32,469 nucleotides of DNA from a virus (IMGVR_UViG_3300046779_000136:1-32469), one strand, 5' to 3'. Numbered from the stretch's first letter, positions 1 to 7,462 are shown. A program made the numbers and translations. Notes: generated by a model from the sequence alone, not told the origin.

Positions 1-127
1 AATATTCAACCGCTATTCACATTGATTGCAAGTTTGGTGGCTATCGTTTCAGGTCTTATGGCTATTCGATACTATTACAAAATGACCAAAAAGCTTAAAT
101 GAGATTAATACTTTTAGCCTTATTACT
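1..127. repeat. 127-bp exact terminal direct repeat (other copy 32343-32469); circular assembly overlap
   Basis: 1-127 is identical to 32343-32469. 127 is a common assembler k-mer, and an ORF reads through the junction. Confidence 0.95.
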
Positions 128-536
128 TACTTCTTGCGCTTCTGTTAAGAAGTTTGAAAAGAGATATGATAGCACAGGGACTACTAAGATAGACTCTGTG
201 CATCTTACTTTTTACGATAGCGTAACTAAGATTATAGAAAAAGAGCAAGTATTTACAAAAGAAGTTACTATCTACGATACAGTTCGTATTTCAAAGGATA
301 GTATTATAGTAGTTCCCAAAATCGTAACTAAGTGGGTTTATCAAACAAAAGATAAGCAGACAGACAATAGTGTAGTTAAAAAAGACACAATAGCATTTAA
401 TCGCACAGAAAGTACTCAAATTTCGATTGTAGATAAAAGTAAGGTAACTACTGCAAATAACTTTTGGAAGGCTCTAATCGGTCTAATAATAGCGATTATA
501 TTAATTTTAGCTTATTGGAATAGATTATGGAAGTAA
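99..536 (+). CDS. Probable unimolecular spanin (u-spanin)
   Basis: N-terminal signal with lipobox (LLLTSC), T/V-rich beta-like middle, C-terminal TM helix (FWKALIGLIIAIILILAYW). Lies between the holin-like gene and the lysozyme; this is the T1 gp11 architecture. Confidence 0.75.
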   Translation: MRLILLALLLTSCASVKKFEKRYDSTGTTKIDSVHLTFYDSVTKIIEKEQVFTKEVTIYDTVRISKDSIIVVPKIVTKWVYQTKDKQTDNSVVKKDTIAFNRTESTQISIVDKSKVTTANNFWKALIGLIIAIILILAYWNRLWK

Positions 537-973
537 ACAAAGCAGGAAAGGACTTAATAAAGCAGTTTGAAGGCTGCAAGTTAAAGGCATACAAATGCCC
601 TGCCGGGCTTGACACAATCGGATATGGGAACACTTGGTATCCTGACGGCACGAAAGTAAAGCCAGGAGATGTGATTACTCAGGAAAGGGCAGACGAATTG
701 TTTGATTACATACTCGAAGATTTTATCAATCAAATAAAACCTTTAATAAAAAGTTTATTGAGCGATAACAATTTTTCTGCTATTGTTTCGTTTGCTTACA
801 ATGTAGGGGTAAACAATCTAAGGAAAAGCACTTTACTAAAAAAGGTAAATGCAAACCCTAAAGACCCAAGCATTAGGGCAGAATTTATGAAGTGGACACG
901 AGCCAACAATGTTGTGTTAAAAGGGTTAGTGAGGCGGAGAGAGGCTGAAGCTAAACTATATGAGCAACTTTAG
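527..973 (+). CDS. Endolysin, GH24 phage lysozyme
   Basis: FEG..L.AY.CPAG..TIGYG catalytic region, SFAYNVG, C-terminal GLVRRREAE. Confidence 0.95.
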   Translation: MEVNKAGKDLIKQFEGCKLKAYKCPAGLDTIGYGNTWYPDGTKVKPGDVITQERADELFDYILEDFINQIKPLIKSLLSDNNFSAIVSFAYNVGVNNLRKSTLLKKVNANPKDPSIRAEFMKWTRANNVVLKGLVRRREAEAKLYEQL

Positions 974-1184
974 AACTATATTAGTTAATTTATTATCAGA
1001 CGAAAGCAACAGTATTAGCCATAAAAGAGTGGTTGCAATGCTTGGCAGCTTATGTCTATTTATATCCTTGTTCTTAAACATAATCTTAAAAATTAACCCA
1101 AGCGACAAGTTGGTAGATGCAGTCTTGTATCTTACGCTATTTGCTATGGGTTACACCACAATAGATAAATTCAGCAAAAAATAA
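960..1184 (+). CDS. Small two-TM membrane protein (holin/antiholin candidate)
   Basis: Two hydrophobic helices and a basic C-terminus; overlaps the lysozyme gene. Confidence 0.6.
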   Translation: MSNFRTILVNLLSDESNSISHKRVVAMLGSLCLFISLFLNIILKINPSDKLVDAVLYLTLFAMGYTTIDKFSKK

Positions 1185-1187
1185 ATA

Positions 1188-1922
1188 ATGCTAAAATCAA
1201 AACGCAAACGTCTCTACTTCGATTTGGAATCTTCGCCAAACATAGGTTTCTTTTGGAGTGCAGGTTACAAATTAAACATCTCTACCGAAAGTATTATTAA
1301 GGAACGGGCAATCATTTGTATATGTTACAAGTGGGAAGACGAAAAAGAAGTTTACCATTTGGAATGGGATAGTAAGCAATGCGATAAAAAGATGCTTCAA
1401 AAGTTTGTAGAAGTAGCCAATACTGCTTCGGAACTTATAGGACATAACGGAGATAAATTCGATTTGCCGTGGGTTAGAACAAGATGCTTATATCACGGAA
1501 TAGATATGTTTCCTTCTTATACAACTATTGACACACTAAAAATAGCCAGAAGTAAGTTTAGATTTAATAGCAACAAGCTTAATTACATAGCTGACTATTT
1601 AGGTATCGGGCAGAAAATCAAAACAGAATATAGTTTATGGAAGGACATTGTTCTGCATAAGGACAAAGTAGCTATGGCTAAAATGATTAAGTATTGCCAG
1701 AAAGATGTGGTGTTATTAGAGCAGGTGTTTAACGCACTTAAAAACCACATCGAACCTAAAACACATTACGGAGTTATATTCGGACAAGATAGAGGCTCTT
1801 GCCCTGAATGTGGCAGCGATGACTTAGTTATTCAAATGAGGCGAACAACGGCAACAGGAATTAAAAAGATATTATTCAAGTGCAAGACTTGTTTTAAGAT
1901 ACATAGCAAAACCGACAAATAA
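1188..1922 (+). CDS. DnaQ/RNase H-fold 3'-5' exonuclease (YprB/RNase_H_2-like) with C-terminal Zn ribbon
   Basis: ExoI YFDLES, ExoII GHNGDKFD, ExoIII YCQKDV; CPEC...CKTC. Confidence 0.9.
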   Translation: MLKSKRKRLYFDLESSPNIGFFWSAGYKLNISTESIIKERAIICICYKWEDEKEVYHLEWDSKQCDKKMLQKFVEVANTASELIGHNGDKFDLPWVRTRCLYHGIDMFPSYTTIDTLKIARSKFRFNSNKLNYIADYLGIGQKIKTEYSLWKDIVLHKDKVAMAKMIKYCQKDVVLLEQVFNALKNHIEPKTHYGVIFGQDRGSCPECGSDDLVIQMRRTTATGIKKILFKCKTCFKIHSKTDK

Positions 1923-2125
1923 TGGATAGTAAAATATTAGCAGCAGTAATAGAAGATATGCGTAGACGTGAACTTGTAGGGAAATCTAAATACGGAACTA
2001 CAATGGACAGAGAAGATTTAAGCACAGGTCAATGGATAACGCATTTAAAAGAGGAGCTGCAAGATGCAATCCTTTACCTTACAAAACTTGAAACCATACA
2101 CAATGCGCCTCAAAAAGATATTTAG
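1922..2125 (+). CDS. Small helical phage protein, possibly MazG-like/all-alpha NTP pyrophosphohydrolase fold
   Basis: GKSKYGTTMDR...HLKEELQDAILYL (EExxD motif); translationally coupled (TAATG). Confidence 0.5.
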   Translation: MDSKILAAVIEDMRRRELVGKSKYGTTMDREDLSTGQWITHLKEELQDAILYLTKLETIHNAPQKDI

Positions 2126-2531
2126 CTTCGGCAATATATTAGACCGAGATACCTACGAGCAATTAAGGGAATTAGATTATACCAATCCAAACTTTAAGGG
2201 TTGCGCTGACGAGTTCCAGTTCAATCGTGAATGGTGGGTTATGCTTGACCAAGGCGAAATAGTAGCTTATTGCGGCTCAATTTATTCTAAGGGCATTTGC
2301 ATATTTAACAGAGCGTGGGTACATAAAGATTATAGAGGGCAAGGCATACAAAGACGAATGATTAAGACAAGGCTAAAGGCTGCATCTACTTTTTGCCATA
2401 TAGCTATTACTTACACTACACTTGATAACTTCCCAAGTGCTAATAACCTAATCTCGTGTGGGTTTAGGCTTTATTTACCTGAATATTCTTACGGGGGTAG
2501 CGATAAGCTTTACTTTCAAAAGTTGCTCTAA
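2103..2531 (+). CDS. GNAT-family acetyltransferase
   Basis: Acetyl-CoA motif A (WVHKDYRGQGIQ) and N.PS.NNL..CGF motif B; ATG 2103 preferred over 2064. Confidence 0.9.
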   Translation: MRLKKIFSFGNILDRDTYEQLRELDYTNPNFKGCADEFQFNREWWVMLDQGEIVAYCGSIYSKGICIFNRAWVHKDYRGQGIQRRMIKTRLKAASTFCHIAITYTTLDNFPSANNLISCGFRLYLPEYSYGGSDKLYFQKLL

Positions 2532-2549
2532 ATTGCAACTTATTACAAA

Positions 2550-2852
2550 ATGGGAAAACTTATGGCAACAAGAGTAAAAGTAACATACATAGCTATAAAT
2601 GAGTATAAGCCTATACTATCTGCTTCATCTTTTAAGGCAATTAAAGAAGGCTTAGATGAGTATTATGGTGTAGATAAAGGACAAGCTGAATGCTTAGGAT
2701 TTACCCCATATGATACAAAATACCCTGATGATTACGAAGGACACTATTCTTATTCATATACGATGAAACAATATGATAAAGAAATAACTAATATAGATGT
2801 AGTTAAGATTTACTGCGTTAGCTATTACCCACATACAATTTATGAAGTTTAA
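2550..2852 (+). CDS. Hypothetical protein
   Basis: 100-aa ORF with A-rich leader. Confidence 0.65.
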   Translation: MGKLMATRVKVTYIAINEYKPILSASSFKAIKEGLDEYYGVDKGQAECLGFTPYDTKYPDDYEGHYSYSYTMKQYDKEITNIDVVKIYCVSYYPHTIYEV

Positions 2853-2862
2853 AGGTAATAAA

Positions 2863-3033
2863 ATGGAAAACGAAACAAAACCAGAGATTACAAGATTAGA
2901 AGTAATTAACCACGCAACGAATGACCGACCAATAGGTAGGATATTAACTTTATACCAAGAACTTGGCGACTTCAAAATAATAGAATTATCCTTTCAAGAC
3001 GGGGGTAAAACCCTTAAAATCTTCTTAGATTAA
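2863..3033 (+). CDS. Hypothetical protein (56 aa)
   Basis: ITRLEVINH...LSFQDGGKTLKIFL; ATG 2863 follows an A-rich leader. Confidence 0.65.
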   Translation: MENETKPEITRLEVINHATNDRPIGRILTLYQELGDFKIIELSFQDGGKTLKIFLD

Positions 3034-3104
3034 TTAAAAAAAGGTAGTAATACTACTACTTTTGGCTGCATTTTACTTCCGACTTTGGCAACTTTTACCC
3101 TTAC

Positions 3105-3222
3105 TTTTGTACGTTCTGATGTACAAAATGTGCTATAAATTGCACAATTTGATGTGCAAATGCAACATTGTTACAAAAATAATTCTAAAATATTTTAATA
3201 GTTTTGCACTTTGTATTGTGCA
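3105..3222. promoter_or_regulatory. Three 18-bp palindromes TGYAC-N8-GTRCA (operator-like)
   Basis: TGTAC gttctgat GTACA 3108-3125; TGCAC aatttgat GTGCA 3141-3158; TGCAC tttgtatt GTGCA 3205-3222. Confidence 0.6.
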
Positions 3223-3236
3223 TTGTTGTATATTTG
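3203..3236 (+). promoter_or_regulatory. Bacteroidota sigma70-type early promoter
   Basis: TAnnTTTG (-7 element) TATATTTG at 3229-3236 with upstream TTTG at 3203-3206; the 17-mer GTTGTATATTTGTGTAA recurs at 13166-13182. Confidence 0.75.
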
Positions 3237-3255
3237 TGTAAACAAAACACAAACA

Positions 3256-3462
3256 ATGACACATTTAACCTCTTACCAAGTGTTTCAGTACCACGTTTAC
3301 GGGAACATTTTACTGCAAGACGGGAGCAGTACACAAAACCCACACGACCCAAGATTACTGCCTAAAAACTACGATTACGAAGACGACGATTACACCTTCA
3401 CTCGTTGGGTAGAAAACAATGCAGAACTTGAACTATTAAAAACAGAAGTATATGAAGATTGA
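3256..3462 (+). CDS. Hypothetical early protein
   Basis: First ORF after the promoter; leader aaacacaaacaATG. Confidence 0.7.
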   Translation: MTHLTSYQVFQYHVYGNILLQDGSSTQNPHDPRLLPKNYDYEDDDYTFTRWVENNAELELLKTEVYED

Positions 3463-3670
3463 ATTTGTAAAAGAAACTAATCATAGAGGCGATATTTACT
3501 ATTATACAACAGTAGAAGGTCGCTACCAAAAGGACACTATATCTTTGGACTACTCACAAGCCTATGAATTATTTATAGCTATGAGAAAAAAACAAGAGCC
3601 TACAGTAGAAGTGTTAGAACATTATATTATTGACGAAACAAAACCAGAAACAAATAACTATGATTGTTAA
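3452..3670 (+). CDS. Hypothetical early protein
   Basis: 72-aa ORF overlapping both neighbours. Confidence 0.7.
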   Translation: MKIEFVKETNHRGDIYYYTTVEGRYQKDTISLDYSQAYELFIAMRKKQEPTVEVLEHYIIDETKPETNNYDC

Positions 3671-3854
3671 ATTAATTTCTTGGTTTATTGGACTTTTTTT
3701 ATCGTCTATTATTATTTATATATTTTTTTTTATCAGTTTATATACTGCCAAATGTATTAAAAAAATAAAGATTTGGCGAAATAAAAAAGATATGCAATAT
3801 AAAAATACAGAAGATTTAAAAAGAATTTTTGAAAGAGAAATATGGAAAAACTAA
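3660..3854 (+). CDS. Small single-TM membrane protein (very AT-rich accessory gene)
   Basis: Hydrophobic N-terminus followed by a Lys-rich tail. Confidence 0.55.
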   Translation: MIVKLISWFIGLFLSSIIIYIFFFISLYTAKCIKKIKIWRNKKDMQYKNTEDLKRIFEREIWKN

Positions 3855-3878
3855 ATTATTAATCAATATAAATAACAA

Positions 3879-4412
3879 ATGAGCCTAATTAAAATTCAAC
3901 AGGAACTAAAAGCACCTAAAAACCAATTCAATGCTTTTGCTAAATACAAGTACCGAAGTGCAGAAGATATTATCGAAGCTGCAAAGCCTATCTGCCATAA
4001 GTACGGATACGCTTTAATGTTAAGCGACGAGGTAATAGAAGTAGGCGGTAGAGTTTATGTAAAAGCTACTGCTTGTCTAAGTAATGGAGAAGATAACATT
4101 ACCTGCACCGGTCTTGCTCGTGAAGAGGAAAACAAAAAGGGAATGGACGCTTCGCAGATTACCGGAGCAGCAAGTAGCTATGCCAGGAAGTACGCACTTA
4201 ACGGGTTGTTTGCAATAGACGATACCAAAGATGCAGATGCTACCAATGAACATAAAGACGAAGTAAGCGAAGGACAAAAAGCGTTCTTGATTGAGCAGTT
4301 AGACAAGACAAAGTTTACTCAAGACCAAAAGGTAAAGGCTGCTTTGAAAATCAATGCTATAAAGACTTTAGACGAATTTAACAAGATTAAAGAAACCATA
4401 AAGAAAAGCTAA
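3879..4412 (+). CDS. ERF-family single-strand annealing protein
   Basis: YKYRSAEDI...Q.TGAASSYARKYAL.GLF.IDD..DAD ERF signature. Confidence 0.93.
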   Translation: MSLIKIQQELKAPKNQFNAFAKYKYRSAEDIIEAAKPICHKYGYALMLSDEVIEVGGRVYVKATACLSNGEDNITCTGLAREEENKKGMDASQITGAASSYARKYALNGLFAIDDTKDADATNEHKDEVSEGQKAFLIEQLDKTKFTQDQKVKAALKINAIKTLDEFNKIKETIKKS

Positions 4413-4696
4413 TGATAACCGCTATACAAGAGTTAATTCAATGGACTAATCAATATGAAGGGAAAATGATTTCTGCTAACCAAGTTGTATTGAAGGCATA
4501 TAAAATGCTTGAAAAAGAAAAAGAGCAGATAATAGAGGCAAACATAGCAGGAATGGAGTTTATACCTGTTGACCCAAATAAGTATCAGCAAGATGCAGAA
4601 CAATACTACAACCAAACATATAACCAAAAACAACACATCATTGACATTATGAAAGCTGATGAAGATGATGGATTATATAACCAAAACGAAAGCTAA
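4412..4696 (+). CDS. Hypothetical accessory protein
   Basis: 94 aa, TAATG-coupled on both sides, flanked by an 11-bp direct repeat. Confidence 0.75.
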   Translation: MITAIQELIQWTNQYEGKMISANQVVLKAYKMLEKEKEQIIEANIAGMEFIPVDPNKYQQDAEQYYNQTYNQKQHIIDIMKADEDDGLYNQNES

Positions 4697-4932
4697 TGAG
4701 AGAATTACTACCATTTGAAAGGCAGATGCTACTTGCAGAAGTTTACCATTACGCTTGGTATAACGAAGAGGCATACGAGGACTTATTAGCCTTTATTAAA
4801 AAGTATGAAAACAAATTAGACAAACCAGTATTTTTTAACCCAATCAATAACAATGACACAGAAACAACAAATCTTGAACCACTTGCTTTCGGGCAAAACA
4901 TTGACACCAATCCAGGCTTTGACGAAGTTTAA
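4696..4932 (+). CDS. Hypothetical protein
   Basis: 78-aa coupled ORF; 3' end overlaps the next gene. Confidence 0.6.
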   Translation: MRELLPFERQMLLAEVYHYAWYNEEAYEDLLAFIKKYENKLDKPVFFNPINNNDTETTNLEPLAFGQNIDTNPGFDEV

Positions 4933-5062
4933 TAGCCTAAGATTATCGGCAGTTATCTTTGAATTAAAACGCAAAGGATATAAGATACAGTCCGACTTAA
5001 TTAACGTAGGTAATAAGAAACAACCTAAATTTGTAAGTAAATATTCACTAATAAAAAAGTAA
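4853..5062 (+). CDS. Small winged helix-turn-helix protein (HTH_39-like)
   Basis: TQKQQILNHLLSGKTLTPIQAL..F..LRLSAVIFELKRKGYKI pattern. Confidence 0.8.
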   Translation: MTQKQQILNHLLSGKTLTPIQALTKFNSLRLSAVIFELKRKGYKIQSDLINVGNKKQPKFVSKYSLIKK

Positions 5063-5065
5063 AAA

Positions 5066-5263
5066 ATGGAACAAAAAAAATGGAGTGCAGGTGCTTGGAA
5101 AAAGACAACTGCTAAAGGAGAAGTAATTAATTTTACAATCAATGATGTTAAATACTCAATGTGGGTTAATAGCTACAAGACCGAGGATAACAAGCAGCCA
5201 GATTACAAGATTTATGTAAATGATTTCAAACAAAAAGAAGATACGGAAGGATTGCCGTTTTAA
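5066..5263 (+). CDS. Small ssDNA-binding-like protein (DUF736-like)
   Basis: GAWKK...N.YK...KQPDYKI and an SSB-type acidic tail ending LPF. Confidence 0.6.
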   Translation: MEQKKWSAGAWKKTTAKGEVINFTINDVKYSMWVNSYKTEDNKQPDYKIYVNDFKQKEDTEGLPF

Positions 5264-5265
5264 TT

Positions 5266-5694
5266 ATGCTAAATAGAAAGAAGGATATATCAATAAGACA
5301 ATTAAAGGAGTTATACTTTGCACAACGTAACACTCACTTGCAACTGCACGAAATGATGAAGCAACTTGGATTGTTAGGCATAGAAGATAACGAGCCTTTA
5401 GGGTTAGACATTGGCGCAAGGACTATTGTTAAATTGGTAGACGAGGAGTTTGAGTGCGATGTATTAATTAAGGATAGGAGTTTAAAAACAACGTTTGGGC
5501 GCAAGGCTGCTGCTTACTTATTAAGAAGGTACACCAAGTTAAGCCTTAAGGAGATAAGCCAATACACAGGAACAAGCGACCATACAACTGCTATCCATAA
5601 CATAAAACAAGCGAATAACCTAATAGAAACTGAGGACTGGTTTAAAACTAAGCTAAAAAAACTTTGCTTAAAATTAGAACTTAAAGAAATTTAG
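5266..5694 (+). CDS. Protein with DnaA C-terminal (domain IV)-like DNA-binding domain
   Basis: RKAAAYLLRRYTKLSLKEI....G..DHTTAIH resembles the DnaA signature (SL..IG..F..RDHTTV.H). Confidence 0.8.
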   Translation: MLNRKKDISIRQLKELYFAQRNTHLQLHEMMKQLGLLGIEDNEPLGLDIGARTIVKLVDEEFECDVLIKDRSLKTTFGRKAAAYLLRRYTKLSLKEISQYTGTSDHTTAIHNIKQANNLIETEDWFKTKLKKLCLKLELKEI

Positions 5695-5696
5695 TG

Positions 5697-5704
5697 TATA
5701 TTTG
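5697..5704 (+). promoter_or_regulatory. Bacteroidota -7 promoter element upstream of the replication operon
   Basis: TATATTTG at the start of the intergenic gap. Confidence 0.7.
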
Positions 5705-5714
5705 CAGTATAATA

Positions 5715-5806
5715 AAACACATTAACGAAGTACGAACCGATAATGTGTTTAGTGGTTAAATAATAATAACCCTGATAGTTCGTACCTATCGGGGTTTATT
5801 TTTTTT
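5715..5806 (+). ncRNA. Structured 5' leader: two hairpins with complementary loops; the second is terminator-like
   Basis: Stem AAACACATTA/TAATGTGTTT (5715-24/5741-50) with GTACGAA in its loop. Stem AACCCTGATAG/CTATCGGGGTT (5768-78/5786-96) with loop TTCGTAC. T8 run at 5799-5806. Confidence 0.7.
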
Positions 5807-6541
5807 ATGGCAAAAGACCCAGCATTTTTATTTTACCCAGGCGACTATGTTAGTGGCACAATGGGAATGACATTTGAAGAAAAAGGTGCTTATATGGACC
5901 TACTAATGCTTCAATTTAATCGTGGTCATATGAACACTCATATGATACAACATACGATAGGACACTTGTGGGAGCAAGTGAAATCAAAATTTATACAAGA
6001 TGATGAAGGTTTATGGTACAATGTAAGGCTTGATTATGAAAAAGAAAAGCGTAAAACCTTTACAGAATCAAGGCGAAACAATATGAAACCTAAAAACAAA
6101 CCTAAAGAAAATATATCATATGAAACTCATATGCAACCTCATATGATAACTCATATGGAAAATGTAAATGAAAATACAAATAAAGATATAATTAATAATA
6201 AAAGTAAATGTAGTTTTGAACAAGTTTATGAATATATGGCTAATAAAATTAGTTTAGATTTAGCTAAAATAGAAGCGGAAAAGTTTGTAAATTACTACGA
6301 AAGTAACGGGTGGAAAGTAGGCAAGAACCCTATGAAAAGTTGGTCAGCAGCAGCAAATAATTGGATAACTAACACTAAACAATATGCAAAAGGAACTACA
6401 AACAATAAGCCAAAACTTAATAAGCACGAACTCGACAACCTCAGAAACTACAACTATATCCATTCTACTTCCTATGGAGAAGGAGATTATGCAAAGCTTT
6501 TCGGGGGAGAGGGTTCGCAATCTGAACTCTACCATATTTAA
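5807..6541 (+). CDS. Replication initiator/replisome organiser (DUF1376/YdaU-like N-terminus)
   Basis: PAFLFYPGDY..GT.GMT.EEKGAY.DLL N-terminus, central iteron region, F..YY.SNGWKVGKNPMKSW.AA..NW domain. Confidence 0.85.
   Translation: MAKDPAFLFYPGDYVSGTMGMTFEEKGAYMDLLMLQFNRGHMNTHMIQHTIGHLWEQVKSKFIQDDEGLWYNVRLDYEKEKRKTFTESRRNNMKPKNKPKENISYETHMQPHMITHMENVNENTNKDIINNKSKCSFEQVYEYMANKISLDLAKIEAEKFVNYYESNGWKVGKNPMKSWSAAANNWITNTKQYAKGTTNNKPKLNKHELDNLRNYNYIHSTSYGEGDYAKLFGGEGSQSELYHI
5926..6157. repeat. Iteron-like TCATATG repeats; probable replication origin inside the initiator gene
   Basis: TCATATG at 5926, 5938, 6116, 6127, 6139 and 6151 (11-12 bp spacing within clusters), followed by an AT-rich tract at ~6160-6210. 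Confidence 0.7.
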
Positions 6542-7142
6542 ACAAAACCTTGTTTACTTAATGCAGCTTGTAGGAATTAACAATCCTGGCGACGTTAAGT
6601 TAGCAATCTTAGAGGATTGGATAAGAACCGAGTATGGTGGCTTTACAATAAACGAGGTTAAAGTAGCGTTTAAGCAAATGGTAGCCAATGACTTTATCGA
6701 CCATTACCAGAACTTTAGTCCTGCATACTTTAGTCAAGTAATGGATAGGTACAAGAAAAAAGCAAACGAAGTAAGAAAAATGATGCCACAAGAACGAGTT
6801 GAAGCAATACCACACTTAACCGATTTAGAGATAATTGATTACAGTTATCAAGAATATAAATTGTTGGAAAATCGAACATTTGATAGGTTGTTTAACCCAT
6901 TAAGCGTATTTACAAAGCTTAATAGTTCAGGCATCAAGATATGGACAAAAGAAGATGGCGCACTTGCTAAAAAGAAACTTATGGAGATTATTACCTACAA
7001 AGCTAATAAAATGGACATCATAAGTGCAAAGCAATACCGAGACGAATGGACTGAGCAATGGTTAAAGAACCAGGCTCGTGCCGTAGCCGTAGCTTTATTT
7101 TTTGAGGAACAAATAAAATTTGGTAAAGTTTCATTTTCTTAA
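6384..7142 (+). CDS. Replication accessory protein (helicase loader-like position)
   Basis: 252 aa, directly after the initiator (lambda O/P-like layout); no Walker motif seen. Confidence 0.55.
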   Translation: MQKELQTISQNLISTNSTTSETTTISILLPMEKEIMQSFSGERVRNLNSTIFKQNLVYLMQLVGINNPGDVKLAILEDWIRTEYGGFTINEVKVAFKQMVANDFIDHYQNFSPAYFSQVMDRYKKKANEVRKMMPQERVEAIPHLTDLEIIDYSYQEYKLLENRTFDRLFNPLSVFTKLNSSGIKIWTKEDGALAKKKLMEIITYKANKMDIISAKQYRDEWTEQWLKNQARAVAVALFFEEQIKFGKVSFS

Positions 7143-7156
7143 TATAGTTTTGTAAT

Positions 7157-7462
7157 ATGACCGCAAACGAATTAACCAAAGAAGCTATTAAGACCCTAAA
7201 CAAAAACGGGTGCTTTGTATGGCGCAACAATAACCTTGCGGTTAGAGGTCGCACATTTATAGGACTTAAAGGAGTTCCAGATGTTGTTGGCTTTCACACT
7301 CAAAGCGGAGTAGCGGTTTATTGCGAAACAAAAGCCATTGGAGATAAACTTAGCAGCTATCAAATAGCATTTTTAAACTTAGCAAAGACGGCAAATTGTT
7401 TCTGCTACATAGCAACCGAAGAGAACGGCAAACTAACCTTAAAAGAATATGAACAAGAATAG
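7157..7462 (+). CDS. VRR-NUC / PD-(D/E)xK nuclease (resolvase-like)
   Basis: GVPDVVG...YCETKA..DKLS..Q..FL. Confidence 0.85.
   Translation: MTANELTKEAIKTLNKNGCFVWRNNNLAVRGRTFIGLKGVPDVVGFHTQSGVAVYCETKAIGDKLSSYQIAFLNLAKTANCFCYIATEENGKLTLKEYEQE

Noticed and set aside
1-127. Terminal repeat as a biological direct terminal repeat
   Set aside because: Its length equals a common assembler k-mer and it falls mid-gene, so it shows circular assembly, not physical ends.
3034-3255. CRISPR mini-array
   Set aside because: The repeats are short palindromes with variable centres, not constant repeats with unique spacers.
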